Assembly (NCBI GenBank): GCA_964016885.1
Contig: OZ024741.1
Span: forward strand, 170,314,001 to 170,378,000
Origin: Eledone cirrhosa
Lineage: Eukaryota
Direction of reading: 5' to 3'
Length of the DNA: 64,000 nt
This document shows, one piece after another, positions 56,840 through 64,000 of the stretch (positions are counted from its first letter, which is position 1; the number at the start of each line of letters is the position of its first letter). The notes under the pieces are model-generated. The model searched no databases and was not told the origin of the DNA. It was given only the letters and a program-made list of their open reading frames with translations. The translations under genes and the position numbers were made by a program.

Positions 56840-57845
56840 CAGCAGCATCTAGTCATTGCATTCACAATGCATTTCAATCCCACACCATGTATAAAAGCAG
56901 TGCTAGGAACTGGTTCACAGGCTTCCGTTCCTGAGAATACAGCCTTGAAGATCAACCTCGTGCAGGACATCCATACGATTTCAATCACAAAAAGCTACGC
57001 GAGCTGATGGAGGCCGACCCATGCCAGATATTACGTCACCTCTTCGAAGTGCTAGGGGCATCGCCCACGACTATCTTCAATCTTTGCATGCAATAGGGTA
57101 AGTGTCCAAGTTGAACCAATGATTGCCACAATTTGACCACCATAATCGTGAATGTTGGGCGGCACCTGCAACTTCACTGCTCTCCTACCATCCCACACCC
57201 AATTGGTTATGTTCCATTGCCACAGGTGATGAAAAATAGCTTCTCTACATTATTGCCACACGCATGTGATCGTGGCCACAATGGCAAGTAAATTCGAGGC
57301 TCCAAACTCGCAAGGTCCTACTGAGCGTCTGATGGAACTGGATAGGTGTTGTCCATTACGAGCTACTCCTACCAAACACCAGCATAAGCTTTGTAGTCTA
57401 TTGCGAACAACTTAAAAGATTAACCGCGAAAATTGCACTGGTGCGCCCACGTCATGGTTCTGTTCGTTTACTTCATGATAAGCCTCGGCCACTTACATCA
57501 AGGATTGCCCGAGAGAAGCTGCTGGAGCAAAGTTTTGAAGTTCTGCACCAGCCACCGTATCCTCCCAACCTCGCACCTACAGACTATCACCTTTTTTCTC
57601 TCAATGAGCAATGATATGTAGTCAAAAAACTTCGTCAATGAAGTCCAGTTAAATCAGTAGCTGACGGAATTGTTTACATCGAAGCCAGAAGAATTCTGCA
57701 GGGATCGAATCATCTGACTTCCTAAATGATGGCAGACGGTAATTGCAAATGATTATTTTGACTTGCAAAATATTTTTCATCGTACAAAACGCCAACGTAA
57801 ATAAACATTTGTAAAACGGTGAGCACTTTCTGTCTAAACCTTATA
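56840..57845 (+). pseudogene. mariner (DD34D-type) transposase relic with right end
   Basis: ARNWFTGFRS*EYSLEDQPRAGHP..KLRELMEADP (HTH), IATGDEK, HQPPYPPNLAPTDYHLF; multiple stops and frameshifts. Confidence 0.88.
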
Positions 57846-58539
57846 TGTAGAGTATATAATTATTCATATGCTAAACGGTGGATTGCTCATTATATAGGTT
57901 GGGGAACGTGAAACCGTTACCATGTGTCTGATGATAAAGGCACAATGTTTTTCTGTCTGTGTTTCAGTATCTATTAAACTAATATTAACATGATTTGACA
58001 AGAATTCTATAACTGTAAATATTACGTCTCTGTGAATGTACGTGTTTCAGTGTGTGTGTGGGCGTATGTATCCATATGGGTGTCTATGTACTTATTTAAG
58101 TATGTTTATTTGTTATTGCGTTAGATAATCCACATCTGAAACTTATCCACAGACTGACAGTATGGTTTAGATCGTATCTAATTTTGTCTGGCTATTCAGG
58201 AAGAAATGCTATCTTGTCTCATCGTTGTCAAATGGCCGCGCAATTTCGTCCTCGACTTGACTCTCTTTTCTAAGCATATTTCATTTTAAGTGTTCTCGTC
58301 TATATTACTGACTCAAATGTTTATGATTTGGCTGTCAAATAAATGAATTGCTTGGGATGAATCAGGATATAGTCTTCGAAATACAAAGTAAAAAGAAATA
58401 AGGCTAAACATAAACAAATAAGGACGAAAAATATATGATAAGTTAACAAGATATCGATAATAGTACAACACCACCAGCAACAACATCAACATTAACTAGA
58501 TGAAAAATAACAACGACAATAGTACTGATTTCATATATA

Positions 58540-58650
58540 AGGTTAAGGCCAGCAATTTATAGGGTGAGAAAAGTCGATTATAATGACCTCAGTATTATAT
58601 TGGTACTTAGTTTTATCGACCCTGGAATGATGAAAGGCAAAGTTGATCTG
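58540..58650 (-). mobile_element. SINE family 1, 3' half
   Basis: Core reverse complement ttttatcgaccctggaatgatgaaaggcaaagtt. Confidence 0.65.
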
Positions 58651-58706
58651 TCGGTGTGATATGACCACAAAACATGAGGCCATAACGAAATTCCGCATCA
58701 TACACA

Positions 58707-59008
<302 letters not shown>

Positions 59009-59013
59009 ATAGT

Positions 59014-59132
59014 GAAGGCGTGTGACTGAGTGGTTAGAGAATTGGATTCACAATCGTAAGGTTGTGAGTTCGATTCCTGGACCAGGTGATGCGTTATGTC
59101 CTTGAGCAAGACACTTTATTTCACGTTGCTCC
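59014..59132 (+). mobile_element. SINE family 2 head (tRNA-derived, CORE-like)
   Basis: A box tgactgagtgg, B box gagttcgattcc, then gtccttgagcaagacactttatttcac. Confidence 0.8.
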
Positions 59133-59246
59133 TTCTACCTGGAGTTGCGACCGATAGATAGTATTAGCAATTGGAAAGACCAACGGAAACATTGTTCCCT
59201 CGGTCCGAATTGACGAAAGTCGATCGATTAGAGATATATACAATAT

Positions 59247-59410
59247 TTCTTCAGGACTAGAACTGTTTCATTCGTAGAAAATTATCAGGAAAGCATTTCT
59301 GGTGATTTCCTTCGAATGAAACAGTTCTAGTCATGTAGAAGTCATTTCTATATTAAATATTGCATATACTCTACTATGTTTTCAGTACCTTACTTGCTGT
59401 GGTTACCCCC
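59247..59410 (+). mobile_element. Fold-back element with two decayed hammerhead cores
   Basis: Plus CTGGTGA-tttccttcgaat-GAAA-cagttctaGTC; minus CTGATAA-ttttctacgaat-GAAA; relative at ~23250-23295 (minus) keeps TGATGA. Confidence 0.65.
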
Positions 59411-59702
59411 GATTGAACCCGGGATACTCACACCACACACACACGCCCTCACATATATATGTATAAAGGATAAGTTTCAAGAACAGTCAGATAACATTTA
59501 CCCAGTTTTAGTTCTTAGTCCGAGGGAGAGAGCGAGAGGAGGAGGAGAGAGACAGACAGAGAGATGTAAAATCATTTTACATATCTCTATACGCACTCTG
59601 CATATCCCCATGCATTGAGTATTTCCATGAGTAGTGATCTCCCCGGTCTCAGCACCACAGGCTCTCTCTCCCTCTCTCTCTCCCCCTCTCTCTGTCTCCT
59701 CC

Positions 59703-59743
<41 letters not shown>

Positions 59744-59810
59744 CCCCTATCTCTGTCTCCTCCCTCTTTCTCTCTCTCTCTCTCTATTTCTCTCCATATA
59801 TATATATATA

Positions 59811-60001
59811 CAGGGTGGGCCAGAATTCATGACTCGCTTAACTTATTTAACTAAGCAGCGCATTAATTAAACGTGTACATTTGTCTGCTTACCGTATCTT
59901 GTTCATGATCTTATGCCTGTAATATGGTATTATATTCCTTAACATTTTGTGTTAATAGATCTATAAATAATCAAGTGAGTCATGAATTCTGGCCCATACT
60001 G
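59811..60001. mobile_element. Tc1/mariner MITE
   Basis: TA|CAGGGTGGGCCAGAATTCATGACTC ... GAGTCATGAATTCTGGCCCATACTG|TA. Confidence 0.88.
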
Positions 60002-60070
60002 TATATATATATATATATATATAGGTATCAGTATTGGTGCTGCTCTGAAATAGCGATGTATACATGAATA

Positions 60071-60286
60071 TATGTATATTATATTTGGCATTATACTGTA
60101 TGTTTAATTAAAAAACATTTTGAAGACCATTCGCTATGAGTTTTAAAGTAGTGACTATGTCACTTACTTATTCTCGGCAAATAAGAATAAGTAAGTGACA
60201 TAGTCACTACTTTAAAACTCCTAGCGAATGGTCTTCAAAATGTTTTCAATTAAACATACTGTATATTGCCAAATATACTATACATA
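60071..60286. repeat. Fold-back palindrome, ~103-bp arms, 9-nt loop
   Basis: Direct reverse-complement match. Confidence 0.88.
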
Positions 60287-60674
60287 CATATATGTATATA
60301 TGTATATGTACGTGTGTGTGTGTGGGGGGGGGGGTGTTTACATACAGTTTAAGAAATTATGCTTCTTGTATGATAATATATGGTCACATTCTTGGGTATG
60401 CTAGAAGTGTAGGTTTAATGATGTTTATGTTAGAAAATCATTATTAGAAATATTTCAATCTGTCACGCGAGTCTACGATCTTAAATGGCATTTGTTGTCA
60501 AATTCTAATTTCAAAGAACGTAAATATATCATTATATCTAGTTTATAGGCTGTTATAATTTTATGCTCTTTTTCTTGCTTCTTACATACGGTTAAAACTA
60601 TGTACAGAATGGAAATCGAGGGGCGGGGCTGGTTCATTTATTTAAGTAAAACAATGAATGGGATTGAGTGATGA

Positions 60675-60746
60675 GATCGATAATTTTACGGAGATCACAC
60701 GAATGACTACTTAGTCATTCGAGTGATGTCCGTAAAATTATCGATC
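60675..60746. repeat. 72-bp hairpin
   Basis: gatcgataattttacggagatcacacgaatgacta-ct-tagtcattcgagtgatgtccgtaaaattatcgatc. Confidence 0.85.
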
Positions 60747-61079
60747 ACGGGATAGAAACGATTGGTATCGGCTTGGGGTGTAGTTCACCTTCCATTGGTC
60801 AGATAATTGTTGAGAATTATAATAATGAATATGTTGAGGATGTTGATAATGGTGACAATGGTTATATTGATGGTGATGTTCGCAATGGTTATGGTGCTGC
60901 TGCTGATGACTGTGATTATTATGATGATGATTGTTTCACGATTTCTACGCTCTTATAATCTTGTGCTATTTTATTCCATTTTATAAATTCCATTTGTCTC
61001 TTTATACCTGCCTGTACTATTATATACTATTCAATAATTTTTGGACAGTTTTATTCTGTTTTTATACACCTTTGTTATA

Positions 61080-61232
61080 GGCGACGAATTGGGAGAGTCG
61101 TTAGAATGTCGGACAGAATGCTTAGTGGTAGTCGTTCGGACTCTATGACTTCAAATACCGCTCACTTCAACTTTCCCTTTTATCATTTCGAGGTCGAAAA
61201 ATAAAAGTACCAGTCAAGTATGGGGGTCGATT
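61080..61232 (+). mobile_element. SINE family 1, diverged
   Basis: Head and core recognisable. Confidence 0.6.
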
Positions 61233-61823
61233 CTTTCTCTTTTTCTGTCTCTCACTTCCTATCTTTCTGTTGAAGAAATCTACTGTATTCAGGCTTGGTG
61301 AGGGATGGGATCCGCCATATTTAAAATGCCCAAGGAACGCCGTATGTCAATACAGCGCCCCTACGGCTCTATCAAGAGTTATGGGACCATACATACTCCT
61401 TTATAATCATCTATATTTCCATATTCTCGTTTATATGCTTTCATATCCCCTTTTATGCATTATATATTTTTATACTTTTATAAAGATGATAATAAACATT
61501 GGTCAGATGTAAAATGAAGGTCCCCACACTTGGCAATAGGTTAAGGCCAGATCATATGTTTCAGTAACAAATGATTGATACATATGGTTTAAGTGTAAGT
61601 TAATGTATATCAACGTACGTGTTGAATACATCATATACTTCAAATTAGAAAAATAGAAAATATGAACTAGAACTTAAGGCAAGTCACTTCTCCCTAATCG
61701 GAGACCCAAGGAAAAGGGCCTGCCCAAATTTACCTAGTACTGGAATGTATATCCTCATCCATTACTGCTTCGGTAATATCTTTAATTGTTTATCATTTCA
61801 TAGAAATTTTGTTTTCTAATAAG

Positions 61824-62018
61824 GAGGCGTGCCAACCTCTAAAAACCCCAAAGGGGCATACCATGAAAAAAAGTGCCCCAAAACGGTGGGAAATGTGACA
61901 AAATGGGAAGATTTTACATAATGAAAGCTATAGCCATTTTCACAAGAGAAGACATCTCTCACCTACCCCAAAGTGTGTGGGAGATCTCCCCGTCGGACTG
62001 AAAGAGTTGACAGGTTTG
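61824..62018. mobile_element. hAT-like MITE
   Basis: Imperfect TIRs gaggcgtgccaac / gttgacaggtttg; 8-bp TSD CTAATAAG (61816-61823, 62019-62026). Confidence 0.65.
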
Positions 62019-62794
62019 CTAATAAGGGATGGTATGAAGCTATAACCAGAAGCGGTCTATATGTGACTATATAGTAATGTTTTAGATATAGCATGTTGAT
62101 GCCTAAATTATCTATATTCGTCATATTCCTTCATACTATTTCATGATTACGTGGAAAATCTGGTCAATGTTTCAAGTAAGTTGAAGGATTACGTAAAAAG
62201 TATTTCGTTACCTAGATGTTTGTAGTTGTTGTTTAACCCCATTGTAAGTAAACATAGAAAGAAAGAGATTTGACCAAGATATGCGTGTCTGTGACCAACA
62301 ATCTCTTATTCAAACATATTGCATTTATCTGGTAGAACTATATCATCTAATGTGTGAGATTTGAGGGATATATTACTAGCGTTTCCAACAGATTGAACCA
62401 TTATGCAAGGTTTCAACGTGTTGGGTAGTCTTACCGTTTCTATATACAGTATGTCAATTATTAGTACAACAAAAATTACAACGGAAATGGTGCTTTTCGC
62501 AAAAACTTTCAACTTCCTAGTAAGATGGGCGTACTTGTGTTCGACAACCATTATCACAGAACTATTCTCCATTTAGATCTTCCAATATTTCGGAGCCTCT
62601 ATGAGGCAGCTCAACCTGCAAGCAATAGCAGTCAAATTGCTTCAACGCACAACACACTGTGTTAAATAAAACGGGACACATTAGATAATGTAATCCTGCA
62701 TATCCAATATTTGACCACAAAATTGCAATTATTGAAGCTATATCCCCGTACATTTGGAAATACTTTAGGCTGTACTGTTTGTTGTTTATTTCCT

Positions 62795-62828
<34 letters not shown>

Positions 62829-64000
62829 GAAAGTAAAAATGCGTCTATGATCGATGATGAAAAGCATTCCAGCCCTGGCGATACTATCTGTTTTTCTCAG
62901 ATGAAATGTTTATCTGTTTCTACATTACCCAATGTGTACTTTCTTTTCTGGTAACGATCTGGAGGAGTTTTGGCTACATCTCTTGGTTTCCCTCCTCCGT
63001 TTCTGTAGACTGAATCGACTATATACCCCACTCTAGATGCTGACTTAGTCAAGTGGGAGAGAGTAACGTCCATGACCTTTTCTTAGGGTCACTGAGATTC
63101 ATTATAGGAAGGAATAAAGTTATCTTCAGTCTAGGGACTTTTTCCGAACTTTTGCAACATATTGGACTGTGCTAACAACTATATCATTTTATATACAACT
63201 CAGGAACGTATAGAATGCATCACATCAGCTTTCGCACAGTTTCCGTTCATCTTCCCAGCAGAATCGAACGTATCAACAAGATTTTGAACAGAACTACTTA
63301 ATCATGCAGCTATTTATTTACCCCACTGGCCATGTGAATCTGTAACAAAACTGTATTTAACGTGACGAAGCTACAAAAACAAGCACATTTTGAACAACAT
63401 TGTCCTTCATACATATAAAATATGTATGACTATTTAATAGTTATATCTTAGACTAGAAATAATACGTTTTGGATATTGGAAGCCAACCTCTAAAAAGCAG
63501 AGATTATAAGTAGACACTTACAATAACCTTCTAAAGACAAACAGAAATAAATCTCATTAGTTAATAAGAACTTCCCATAACTTTTGCGAATACTCTCGAA
63601 TATAATTGTATTCTTGTATTCTAATAACTGAAGTAATTTGTGAGTGCTTAAAAATAATATTAAAAAAAACAATGTCATTTACTGGGAATTAGACTGTTTT
63701 AAATATTTAAGATGGACTAATCCCTACATATTAATAATGCGAATTGGCTGTCATTAGACGTCTGATAAAAGGTGTCACGGTATTTATTTTAGTTGTTTAC
63801 CTTCTCAGTGTAATTCCCGAAGCGGTAGAATGGCAGAATTATTGTATCGTCATAAGTATTATACCCAAGTGCTTTGCGACATCTGCTTTGCTTCTGTAGG
63901 TATTGTTTTTCCGGCAAAATGGTCACACGAGATAACTTCTTGTTCTGCCACTAAAACATCAAAGACGCCTACTTTACACACGCTGGCATAAAAGGTATCA

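Noticed and set aside
59014-59085. tRNA gene
   Set aside because: A and B boxes present but the acceptor stem does not close and it runs into the SINE body
63214-63297. Possible terminal exon ERIECITSAFAQFPFIFPAESNVSTRF*
   Set aside because: Weak acceptor and no motif linking it to the other candidate exons

Overview
AT-rich, microsatellite-dense eukaryotic non-coding DNA. The SINE and LINE families suggest an octopus or other coleoid cephalopod genome (inference, not verified). No complete host gene is visible and nearly all listed ORFs are artefacts of (TA)n/(CA)n/minisatellite sequence. Supported content: an RTE LINE 3' end with three C2H2 fingers, plus non-autonomous RTE partners; a 5'-inverted Penelope-like element with a GIY-YIG remnant; CR1, R4/Dong, Tx1-like, Ty3/Gypsy and mariner relics; several hAT and Tc1/pogo MITEs with TSDs; many tRNA-derived SINEs; and three large CA-rich minisatellites. 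The most striking structure is a dense set of fold-back (palindromic) insertions from several unrelated families, mostly sitting in TA microsatellites. Many carry intact or half type-I hammerhead ribozyme cores, and the fold-back point often lies inside the ribozyme. A few candidate exons of Cys-rich secreted or GPI-type proteins and a possible chemoreceptor pseudogene are flagged as speculative. All analysis was by eye; coordinates of degenerate elements are approximate.
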